A DNA stretch of 57,419 nucleotides, counting the filler, from Sphacelaria rigidula (Eukaryota): NCBI GenBank assembly GCA_964200075.2. It is 4 parts of 4 records of this genome, joined end to end, with 100 filler letters (N's around TTAATTAATTAA, not from the genome) between each part and the next. Parts side by side here need not be neighbours in the genome. Positions count along the whole stretch, not along the records: positions 28,762 to 43,040 come from CAXNAA020002338.1; positions 43,141 to 57,419 come from CAXNAA020002339.1; 2 more parts are not named here. One strand, 5' to 3'. Under the pieces are notes generated by a model, which was given only the letters and a program-made list of their open reading frames with translations, searched no databases and was not told the DNA's origin. Shown here piece by piece: positions 38,428 through 49,169 of this stretch. Numbering within the stretch: position 1 is the first letter of the stretch; every line of letters begins with the position of its first letter. The position numbers and the translations under genes are program-made.

Positions 38428-39117
38428 CAACCACCGCTGCCGTCGCAGACCCTCTTTCCCCCTCCCCCACCGCCGCTTGCCTCGGCTGCTGCTTGTTTTA
38501 TCCCCGCCACTGGCAAGAGTGCTATTGAGCGAGGCAGGTGCCGCTGCTGCTGCTGCTTGTACTCTGTCTACCGCAGGCGCTGGCGGAGGGGTCTGCTTTA
38601 CTTCTTTCCTCTCTTCCTCCTCCTCCTCACCAGCCGCTGGTGTTGATGGCGAGTGCTTTCTTCCACCGGCTCTGATGGCTGCCCTCCCCTTTGATCCTCA
38701 ATCTCCTCGCCCGCCACAGGAGGTCCGCCCCGCCACGGCCACCGCTGCCGATTGTTGCCACGTATGCTGGTTTTGCCGCTTGCACCACTACAACAGCTGT
38801 GGATGCTCCAACAGGCGGCACAGATGATGAGGCCGGTTCAACCATCGGCGCAGCCTCTTTTGCCGAGTGAACCACCGACAATCCGACCACGAGGGTCGGT
38901 CATCCCAATTTTCGCGGGTGTGCTACAGTGTGCCCGAGGTGTCCCGAATCCATAGGTGGCGGTCACTGCACACCCTGTAGTACTAATCCTTCCGCTGTAA
39001 GTTGATTGTTCCGTCTATGGCGTGGCGAAAACAAAATTACATGTTCATTATTTCCTCCGATGGGACGCCAAAAGAAGGACGTTTGCTGCAACCATCGTGT
39101 TTTGTGATCACAGCCCC
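38428..39117 (-). pseudogene. Upstream exon of the FNIP gene: EsV-1-7-type Cys repeats plus Ala/Glu-rich linker, with stops and frameshifts
   Basis: aatacag| start, donor |gtaagt at 38427. Manual translation KHDGCSKRPSFGVPSEE...*FCFRHAIDGTINL.../GCAVTATYGFGTPRAHCST.AKIGM, then ...EEEEERKEVKQTPPPAPA. The Cys-repeat part is missed by the ORF track. Confidence 0.7.
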
Positions 39118-40596
39118 CTGTATTGTAGGGTATGCAAGGGGAAAACAACGAGACAAGACGCGTGTGTGTCGCTGCGGTGTGTTGTAAGAGCGAGTTTAAC
39201 TGTAATCTCGCCACCCAAGTGGTGGGAACGTCAGGCACGGCTGTATAGTTTCAGGCGATTTGCAACTGGCAGCTCAAGAAGATGAACATGGTCGGGTATA
39301 TTCCCTGTGATCTATAGTGCAATGCCACCGGCGAGCTTTGCTAGCTCCACTCTGTCGTGGCTGCCGCCGCTTTACTACAGATATTTGGCGCGACGAACTG
39401 GTCTTCTCTCTCGCCATCGCGCCCTCTTTACAATGCACAACACCTTTCACATACAGCACGCGCACGCGCACAAACGCACGCATCATATACATTACACACA
39501 AGTTTCTCTATCTCGCCTGTTCGCGCGCTCGCTCCCCTTCGCCTAGCTCTCGTGCACCTCTCTTTTGTGTTTCTCTCTTGGTCTCTCAGGCTGTGTATTT
39601 TCTGGTCACGTCGTACAATCACGGTATCCCCATTGCGGGGTCACTAGCAGATATCAAATTTCACGGTGCCGCTGAGTCACGTCGTACAAAAAGAGTCATG
39701 TACAAAACATTCTATGTTGTACAACAAAAAACACAAGATACATGTATGATTGTGAGCGGCTGCAGCAGGCAGAGCAGGCAGTAGAAAGAGACTCTCTCGC
39801 TTGTGTCTCTGTCTCTCTCTCTCTGTCTCTCTCGTCACACGGGCTGTGTCATTTTTTGGTCACGTCGTACAATGTCACGACACCCCCATGCTGCCTGGGT
39901 ATGTGGTAGATTTCAATTTTCACCGTGCCGCTGAGTCACGTCGTACAAAACCACACCCGCCAACACCATGGTATGGTACTGTGCAGACAAGAGATGCCCA
40001 CCAAAAACAAGAGCATGCTATGCCCACAGAGGTGAGCAGATGATGTGGTGACCGCGTTTCTCTCTCGCAAGTTCTCTCACCTTCTCTCCCATCATCTCCC
40101 CTCCTTTCCTTTTTTCTCTCCCCCGTCCCCTCCTTGTCTCTTTCTCTTTTTCTGTCTCTGTCTCTCTCTTTCCCTCCCTGTCTCTCTTTCCTCCCTTTCT
40201 TTCTCTCTCCCTCTCCGCAGTACGATGTAGTACAGGCGTCTACATTCCAAGCATATTGCCCACAAGTACGTGCACACGCGGCGAGATTGCACTCGCTACT
40301 CTGCTGCGGCGACACTCGCTACTTCTTCGGCGAGATTACAGTCACTACTGATGCTCTCTATCTCTCTCTACTCTCGTTGTCTCTATTGCTGCCCCTCTTT
40401 CTTTCTCTCTCCCTCTCCACAGTAGTAGAAGCGTCTACATTTCAAGACCATTGCCCACAGCTACACGCACACGCGGCGAGATTTACACTCGCTACTGCTG
40501 CTCTACTGCTGCATGTGTGTTTGTTTTACCAGTCAGCGCACAAGAGCAGACTACCTGACACCTTTTCCTCCTTACACTCCTCTCTTCATCGTACAG

Positions 40597-43040
40597 ATGC
40601 CACTGGGAAGCCACGTGGGGACAAGATGTGTTTCGCACACAAGACGCCCACTATGATCAGCCTGAATGCGACGCAATGTAAGTACGCCGGTTGTAGAAGA
40701 TCTCCTTCGTGCGGCTGTGTCTCCGAATCAACAAAAGGCGTGAGAATGTTTTGTTCAGAACACGGGAAAGGCCAGAGAGGGATGAGCAACGTAAAGGACA
40801 AGAGGTGTGCCGAACCAGAGTGTAAAACTCTAGCCAACTACGATTTCGGCAAGAGCTCGTACTGTGGCTATCACGAAAGAAAGGGATGAGTAAACGCGCG
40901 GCAGCTGCTTCGATGATGCGGGGGCCGATAGTTTCATCGCTAGAATAGGCAGCAACGGTGGTAGACACATCGCCAGTATCAGTAACGGTACGAGAGGGGG
41001 ATAGCGTGGGAGAGTTAGGGCAGAAACCAGCATCAGCAGCAACTGGGTCCGTACAAGATTCAGTGGTTAACACAACAGCGACAACAGCAGCGGGAGGGGA
41101 GTGTGAGAGAGAAGGAGGAAGGAAGCCACCAGAGCCGCGCAATAAGTCGGTTGCGGTAGCGGTAATAGCATTTGCGGCCGCGACACACACATCGGATCGA
41201 GATTCGTTGGTGAAAACGCAGCGAGAAATAAGCGGGAGGGGGGAGGAGGAGGGCAGCCGTCAGAGTCGATGGTCAACACAGCAGCGGCTACGGCGGGGGC
41301 AGCAGCGGCAGCAGCGGGCGAGGGGGGGCGAGGGGAGCGCGAGGACATACCTCTGGCGCAGGCAGCATCAACAGCTGTGGGCGAAGGCGTGGAGGGCGAG
41401 GGGGGAGACGAGGGGGACGAGAGAGAAGAAATACGGAAGACGGTGGCAAGTTGGGTAGAACAAGAATTAGCATCAGCGCACGTACAGGGGGAGGGGCAAG
41501 GAGAACCAACAGAGTCGGCGGTCAACACAGCAGCGCCAGTAGAGGGCGTGCAGGGTGAGGGGGAAGGGGCAGCAGCGGAAGCAGAGGCTGCAGCGGGCGT
41601 GCAGGGTGAGGGGGACGTGGCAGCAGCGACCGCATCGGCAGCAGTGGGCGAGGTGGGGCGAGAGGAACGTGCGCTGGTGATAGACACATTTGCGGCGCCG
41701 GCAACAGCTGCGCCACCATCACCAGCACCAGCGCCAGCGCCAGCGGCACCACAAGGCGTTGAAGACAGTTCGGGCACCGGAGGGGCGGCAAGCGGGGGTG
41801 GGGGTGGTGGTCGAAGCGGGAGCGGAGGCATTCATGGACACGAGGTGGGTGTTGTCGATTCCAAAGCGCATTGTGTCTGAAACTTGACTTTACGTAAGAA
41901 AAAGGGGATGGTTGCTTTCGCTGAAAGAAAGACGGCAGCAATAAAGGCCTGTGCCTGTGTGACCCGAGTTACTTTCTTCACAGCGGCTTTCTTGTTAGCG
42001 CACCGGTAGTGTACCGCCACACACTGCAGAGATGCATGTTGTCCAAACGTTCGTATCGGCTGCTTCACGCCCTGGCACCGACAGACTTTTTTCACCATCC
42101 GTGTCATAGGAGTACGCCGTTTCCGTGGCCGAAGCGGACTCAGATGATGATGTTGCCGCCGTCGTGACGCCTGGACCAGGGGTGAATCCTGAACATCCTG
42201 TCCCGGCGAGCGGTGAACGAGGAACAGTCGAAGTTGAAGCGAGAGAGGAAGAATGCACGGCGCCAGCGACGGCAGCGACGGGTGAGAAGGGGAGGCAGAC
42301 ACCACCGCCACAAGGTGGTGGATGCATTTCGAACAGCGGCGGTGGCGGTGGCTGTGGAGGCGGCGAGAGCAGAACTGCAATAGATGCCGCGATATCGGTG
42401 TCGGCAGCAGGAGCAGCAGGAGCCGGAGGCCTAGAGATGGCGTCATCCAGCAACCTACAGCTCCTCGCCACCGTCTGTCTGCGCACGGAAAACGAGAGTT
42501 GGTGAGGGATCGAGAGCGGCGGTGGCGGCGATGAAGCCAATCACGATGTGAGAAAAACTGTACGTTCAAAAAGAGGGAGGGGATGTTGTGTACGAGATTG
42601 CGGCAAGCTCCATAACCATATACTGAATTGTCTGCTTCCCTCTTCCCCGGTCCACTCTTTTGACCGCTCGTTTCAATAGGAGGCGAGACCGTCGCAAGAG
42701 CTCGCGGCCGCACAGATGGCTAGCCCTCAGCCAGTCGAGGCAGAGGCGGCGCATGTATCTACTGGCGAACAGACGGAAGAACTGTTGGTCCCGGCCGATA
42801 CGCAGGCCGTGGTCGAAGCGGTGGCGCCTAGACAAGAGACGGAGCCTGAGCAGCCTGTTCCTGTGAGCGAGACCTCGGTGGAAGGTGACAGAAAGGCCGA
42901 TACCGGTTAAGTGATGCCGAGGCGGTCGAGCAGGGTGCCGGGCTATTGGAAGGTGGAGTCGCCCTGTGTGGTCAACGTGCTCAGCCGAATTCAGGCGGAC
43001 GACCCGGGGGTGGATGTTCTGAAGCTTCACAACTACATCA
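40597..43040 (+). pseudogene. EsV-1-7-type Cys repeats + Ala/Gly/Glu-rich linker + start of an RNI/LRR-like domain (copy 2), disrupted and truncated by the scaffold end
   Basis: Translates CFAHK..MISL...CKYAGCRRSPS...MFCSEHG...GMSNVKDKRCAEPECKTLANYDFG..SYCGYH. Exons ~40597-41844, 42110-~42547 and 42680-end. Ends ESPCVVNVLSRIQADDPGVDVLKLHNYI. Contains in-frame stops and frameshifts. Confidence 0.7.
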
Positions 43041-43140
43041 NNNNNNNNNNNNNNNNNNNNNNNNNNNNNNNNNNNNNNNNNNNNTTAATTAATTAANNNN
43101 NNNNNNNNNNNNNNNNNNNNNNNNNNNNNNNNNNNNNNNN
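43041..43140. other. Artificial scaffold-joining linker
   Basis: N44-TTAATTAATTAA-N44. Confidence 0.97.
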
Positions 43141-44340
43141 GGACAGCACTGTTTTGGGCTTGAGCCTCATCTCGGAGTTAAACCTCAATTCGCACAATTT
43201 GTTGTTAGTTGTCAATACACATCAGTAGTAGTAGTAGGTGAAGGAATGGAATTATATTTCGAAGAGTTGGTGTGGATGTGAAGATTTTAATTGTTCGGGT
43301 TTCCCATCCTCAATAAAAAAATCCATCCCCAATTTGTAAGATCCCATGTTGGAGGCTTGTTTTTGCCTCCGGAGGGCCGCGCACCCCTCCGGAGGCATTT
43401 TGAGGAGTAGCCAAATGGCCGCGTGTGTTGTTGAAACCCCTAATAACCGCTATCAGACCAGTGTAGTACGTGACGCTCTGGTCGTGTCTTCTTGAGGCCA
43501 AAAGAACGGGAAGATACATGAACGTCCAAATGCAGCATGTTGGTTAGTTGCCCCAACCATGGATCCACCCGGTGATCAATCGACATACACGCTGCTTTTG
43601 GGCGCTTGTTCCTTTTCTCGGTTGTTCTCTTGGTCTCGATGAGACATGGCTTCGAGGGTACTCTGTAATAACATCTAGCGACCGGCTTCGTCGAGCTAGG
43701 GTAATTTTTTATTCCACCCAAAATATGTAGGGCTGTGAACTGGACCACTTGATGATACACTGTTCATGAAACTTGAAATAAATAGCGATGTTTTCGCGAA
43801 ATTGAGGGTAGAGGTCACGATTGAGAGTGACAGGCGGTCAGTTATAGTGAATTGATCGTTTCCGTTCGGAAAAGTCACGTCATAAGGAGTCTCGATACAC
43901 TTTCTGTGGTAGCTTGCCACTGAAACCCTTGATATCCCTGAGTAGGATATCGACGTGTAGCTGTAAGCATACGCCAGTGGTAGGCGATTGAAAAAATTCA
44001 GAGGGGAGGCCTCCAACCGGTGGTTTCCTCTCTTTTCGGCCAGAGACTCTGTGGTCACCGAGGGTATACTGTAGGTGGTGTTGTACTATGGACTGACCAA
44101 AGACCTCGATTTTGGGGTGTTCTTCAGGTCGTCACGAAAACAAAGAAGAAGCACAAAAAAAATCGCATTTGTGACAAAGCTAGGCCTTTTTTTCTCTGAG
44201 AGAGCCTATATTTCCGATCAGAGGAAGCATGTTTTACACCGATACCTTACACCACTTTTGATATTATAGGGCAGTTATACACGCTATACCAGGTCACGTG
44301 TCTTGATATCATTTGAGTTAAATACATGAGGGAATTCACC

Positions 44341-44703
44341 CACGCGGCCATTTGACTACCCCCCAAAACGCCTCCGGAGAGATGCGCGGGCCCTCCAGAT
44401 GCACAACAAGCCCCCGGAGGCCTTGGATCCTTCTGGAGGAAACCAAACACTACTGACCTGAAGGGCCCCGCACCCGTCCGGGGGAATTTGGGGGTAGTAG
44501 CAAAATGCCTTCGGAGAGAGGCGCGGCCCTCCAGAAGCAAATAACAAGCCTCCGGAGGCGTTTGATCTCTCTGGAGGAAACAAAAAAATATCCTCTGGGA
44601 GGCTGCCCAACCTTCCGGGGGCGTTTAATTCCTCTGGAGGCTCGAAAAGTTGACCGACGTGAAGGAATTTTGATTTTTGTGGGGGTAGTCAAATGGCCAC
44701 GTG
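44341..44703. mobile_element. MITE with TIRs and internal CCTCCGGAGG palindromes
   Basis: cacgcggccatttgactacccccc ... gggggtagtcaaatggccacgtg. Related ends at ~43350-43428 and 44711. Confidence 0.65.
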
Positions 44704-46080
44704 TACATTACACACGCGGCCATTCGGCTACCACCCAAAAACACCCTCCACTCCCAACAATTTTAAACTCAGGGGGAAAATATGCACCTCTACCGTAGCA
44801 TCACTCATGGTAGCGCAAGGGACAAGAAATAGTCGTCCCCGCGGGGTGCTTTCTACTGTGAATTTCGAGGGGGTGATATCCACCGTTTTGGCCTATGCCT
44901 CGCAAATGACAACGCGTTTGTTCGGGTGACGACGTGGATTTTTTTTTAGACACTTGAACTCTTCTTACTCGTATATATATCCAGGGCTAGGCGGATGGTG
45001 GTAGCTTGGAATGGCTTGCTCTACTCGTTGAGACCGTTCGAGGGCAACTTTGCGTTTCCCGCTGGCCGCACTTGAAGTTTTAGCCAAACGTGCATTTTCA
45101 ATAACAGTAACCAAGCCCGGTTAAGTGATGGAAAGCCGGCAGTTTCCTCCATGTTTGTGTATTCAACGTGCTGTATTTGCAGCCCCCTCCAAATCAATTG
45201 TCACGCAGGTGGTTTCTACCGTTTCGACCTGGTACACGAAATGCGATGCACAAAAACACACGAATACAACGATAGTTCTAACGTGTTAACGATGAAGTAG
45301 CTATCCCCCCCCCAACCATATCTCTCCACCCGGGAATGAAATCGCTCTATTCCCTCTCCCGACGCGATGGTGGTGTTATCTACCGTTTTCGCTAGTCACG
45401 TGGGCATTCACACACGAATAGCGATGTCCTCGAACACACGGTGGGCATCGTGAGAATGTATCCACCACATTCTATTCCGCCATGACGCCCTTCTCGCTCC
45501 ATCCGTTTTCCTAGGGATCAAACAAACGCATTCCTTCTTCCCTGAACGATCTCCGCGAAAATGGAGAGGTGGTATCCGACGTTGGAGCCATTTGCGGTTG
45601 GACCTTGGTTGGACAACAATAATTAATCTCACGATCTGCGTCTTCCGCTCATTTTTCAAGTGAGAAAATGTAATTAAGCTGAGATTATTACACGTGCGGT
45701 GCAGTGCAGAAACTACTACCGGCATCATTCAGCGATCAGGGGGTACCCCCCCACACATAGAATCGGTTCCCCCCCCCCTCGCCCCCTCCTTCAACCCCAA
45801 AAAGGGTTTTTGCGGCCTGGAGGGCGGTGGTGCAGCCATTTCCCGATATGGGGCCCCGAATCTCAACTCTTGACCGGCATCAACAGAAAGCATACAATCT
45901 GCCCGAATTAGGGGATGCATCTCGTTGTCCCAACAAGATTGCAGACCCGACGGGGAAGAATTTTGAAGAGAAGACAAGTAGTCAAATCCCGCATTTTTCT
46001 TGCCTCCGGCGGCGCTCGCGCGCCCCCGCCTCACCAACCGGGGTGGCGATTGGGGTTCGCAGCTCCGCCGCTTGTCGTCA

Positions 46081-46457
46081 ATGTTTTCCAAGTTAATCGG
46101 CGCGCCGAGTAACTGGGAAAATATCGATTAACTGCCCACTGGCACGACCGGTTTAAACTACTGTGCATTGACCAGAGCCGCCAGTGCACAGCAAGCCCTA
46201 AATATATGACATACGCCGTGCTCGGCGTGAAAAAGGCCTGGATATGCCCATGGCTATGGCAGTCCGGATCGATGTTTTCCCAGTTAATCGGCGCGCAGAC
46301 TAACTGGAAAGACACCGATTAGCTGCCCGCTGGCATGACCGGTTGACACTACATTGACCAGAGCCGCCAGTTCACAGCCAGCCCTAAATGTATGGCATGT
46401 GTCGTGCTCGGCGTGAAAAGGGCTTGGATATGCCCACAGCCACGGCAGTCCGGATCT
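46081..46457. repeat. Tandem duplication, two ~190-bp units, including a transposon terminus
   Basis: atgttttcc.agttaatcggcgcgc...gccctaaat.tat..cat...ggcagtccggatc occurs at 46081-46270 and 46273-46457. Confidence 0.85.
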
Positions 46458-47094
46458 TGATACATACCGTCTGTGATATGGTAGGAATCAGCGGACAGGC
46501 CCGCTGGGTTGCGCGACGATCATAGGCGAAGTCATGGTTTTCCACCATCCACCTCCTGCCCAGCATGCATCTGTGTCATTCACGCGCAACAACAGAGAGA
46601 TGGAAGATCGATGATGGGAAAAAGCTCGGCAGTCATCCTTCAAAAATCGACAAATCCTTGACCCCTTGACCTCCGCCGGGTGGTCGTCTGTTAAGGCGGC
46701 GTTATTCTCACTTCAAAAATGACCTAAAGACCCAGATCACCCATCCTGTCAACCAAAGGGTTTAAGAGCTGTGCAAGTGCGTTCAGCTTCACGGTGGTAG
46801 CATGCGTACAACAATTTTCGCAAGTTCGACTCAGTCTGTAGGTTCAGGAAATTCGTATCACACACTGGGAAAAAAAAAAAGGTAAATGGATGAAAAGCAA
46901 AAACTAGGGCGCAGATTCGGAAAGACACGCCGAACCGACCACGACGTTGAACATTAGTGTTTTTCCGTTGAATTGGAGCGGGCACGAAACGCTCTGGCTT
47001 TGATCACGAACCTTGTATCATAGGCAAGTTTATTCTGCCATTCTGTCCTGATTTCGTGCACACAATCACAGTAGTTCAGTGCAGCACAGTACAG

Positions 47095-47648
47095 AGTGTT
47101 CTCAGTGGCACAACGTGCCCTTGGATGTTGTCTTGTAGCTTGTCTCATCTCGTCTGTTCTGGACGCCAGTTTACACCTTTTGATATATGTGCACACCCTG
47201 GACATTAGAATACACCATCAAAGAGTGTACTACTGCATACATGCAGAATCGCCTATTGCGCCTATTGCAATAGACGATAGATTCCATACTGTACACAGTA
47301 CATGTGTTGACAACAGAATCTTTAGTCCGGGGTGTGCATATGTGTGGGGGGATCAGCCGGTGTCGTACTGGAGAAAACAGGAGTATTTTCTGCTTTATTT
47401 TGATTTAGTTCTCCAGCTTCCTCCTGTGGCGGCTTGCCATATTTTTTCATCGCGAGAGGGGTTCAGCGGCCCCTTTCCCTCGTCGACTGTGAAGTCGAAT
47501 TTTGGGCTATCCACGGCACAGTCGGTTTCCACCATTGATCATGGTGTGAGTACAAAATCCCAGATCGTGTGGATTCACCGAGATTCGAAACCGCAACCCA
47601 TTCATCAGAAGATTTTGAGTTCACTAACTGAGCCACGGGGGCGACCGG
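47095..47648 (-). mobile_element. tRNA-derived SINE
   Basis: Minus-strand head ...cccgTGGCTCAGTTAG (A-box-like, 47624-47635) ... GGTTTCGAATCTC (B-box-like, 47580-47592). Body is repeated at ~11860-12100 and ~15150-15435. Confidence 0.65.
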
Positions 47649-48449
47649 GTTGGATGCACTTGGTAAATGGAGCTCGTACTCTTGGTACAAGTGCAACACC
47701 AACACTTTTCAATCGTTGCATTCAAGTGAGAGGATGCGGGACGGTAGCCTCGTACGTTTGTCTGTATTCTGTTGTCGCATCCTACCTCTGCTTACGCACA
47801 CAGGTCGCATTTCATATGAACATACAATCAGTACAGTATAGTGCCGGATACACAGATAGTAGAGCAACGTTTATACCAGCACTCTTTTTCTGGTTGCAAC
47901 GAGCAACATACAACATACTGACTGTTCTTCGTGAGGCCTTGTCGTTTCGCGGTCCTATATATACTTCGGAATTTTGAGTGGAGTCGGCCGTTATGACATT
48001 GCTCCGAATCGGCACATATATTCCGGACTTCAGGTGAAACACGTGAAACGGGTACAATAAATTTTCGATACCGCTCCGCTACAGTCTATCCGTACTCCAG
48101 TCCTCTATTTTCCAAATTTGTACAACACTCTCCTTGAAAGTCATTGTCCTTTACTTGGCCTCCCGCTGTACCACAAAGCACTATTTCAGCTGGTTTTCCA
48201 CAACAAGAGCAGTGACAACGAAGCGTAAGCAACGGTGGACACGCTACACCCTCTCAACACGGGCTGGTTTGGTGAGTGGTCTTGGGCCCAAGACCAATCG
48301 GTGGATGTTCATCACATTGAACTCTATTTTCGTCAGGAGGATTATTCATCGGTGTGCTGCGTACCCCACAGCAGGCTGGAAGTGATTTTTTTACAAACAG
48401 GGAGGGTTGACGAGAATCAAGGTGTGCGGGAGACGCTTTCATCAGGGAA

Positions 48450-48620
48450 ATGATGGCTAATTGCGGAGACTTGTCGCGGACATCAATCATGACGGTAGAA
48501 GTGGCTGAGGACGATGCAAGAGACGTGGCTGAGGGTGCTGGCATTACCATTGAGGTGCTTCAGCAACACTTCCACCAGCCCTTGGTCACCGTCGCGGAGG
48601 AGCTGGGCGTAAGCCTGACG
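48450..48620 (+). CDS. RWP-RK domain transcription factor, coding exon 1
   Basis: ATG preceded by an in-frame stop; donor ACG|gtgagc. Translates ...ITIEVLQQHFHQPLVTVAEELGVSLT, the N-half of RWP-RK ('I....L..YF..P...AA..LGV..T'). Confidence 0.9.
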
Positions 48621-49038
48621 GTGAGCACCATATGACATGCGCAAGCTTTTCGCAAGGGTCAGGTAGCTGGCAGTTTTTCTCGTCGCCATTTTCGTGAGCA
48701 AAGAGGAGGTTACACTACAGTGGTCATTCAAATCTTTTGCGGACCGCTTCGGCATGACAAGTAGGCGTCCCCCACTTGCCTCTTCTGAAGTAGGTGTGTA
48801 TTTTGCAGCAGGTATTGCGGTGGTGATGTGTGTTCATTGCTGTTGTCCGTGAGTCTTTATTTTCGCCGGTTACTCTTCTATCTGGGTTCCATGTTTGTTT
48901 GTTGGTGTTTTTGCTTGCTGGTGTCCAAAAATCGCAACGTGTTTTTCACGTCTTTTCTCCTGTCCCAAGTCCAAAGAAAAACAAAACTTGGACTTTCTTC
49001 TCCGTTTATTTCTCGTGTGCACACTTGAAATGCATCAG

Positions 49039-49169
49039 ATGATCAAGCGACTCTGCAGGAAGCTAGGCATGCCTCGATGGCCCTACAGGCAGATAGACTC
49101 CATCAACAAGTCCATGGAAGATCTCCAAGATCAATTGGAGGGTGCTAGGAACGAGGCTGACCGCGCCAG
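49039..49169 (+). CDS. RWP-RK domain transcription factor, coding exon 2
   Basis: atcag| ... AG|gtgaag. Translates MIKRLCRKLGMPRWPYRQIDSINKSMEDLQDQLEGARNEADRA ('KR.CR..G..RWP.R' plus coiled coil). Downstream exons are unresolved. Confidence 0.92.

Noticed and set aside
47572-47647. Functional tRNA gene
   Set aside because: The boxes and stems are degenerate and it is attached to a repeated body, so it is better explained as a SINE head.
47096-47977. 293-aa plus-strand ORF
   Set aside because: It overlaps the antisense strand of a SINE and has no protein motif.
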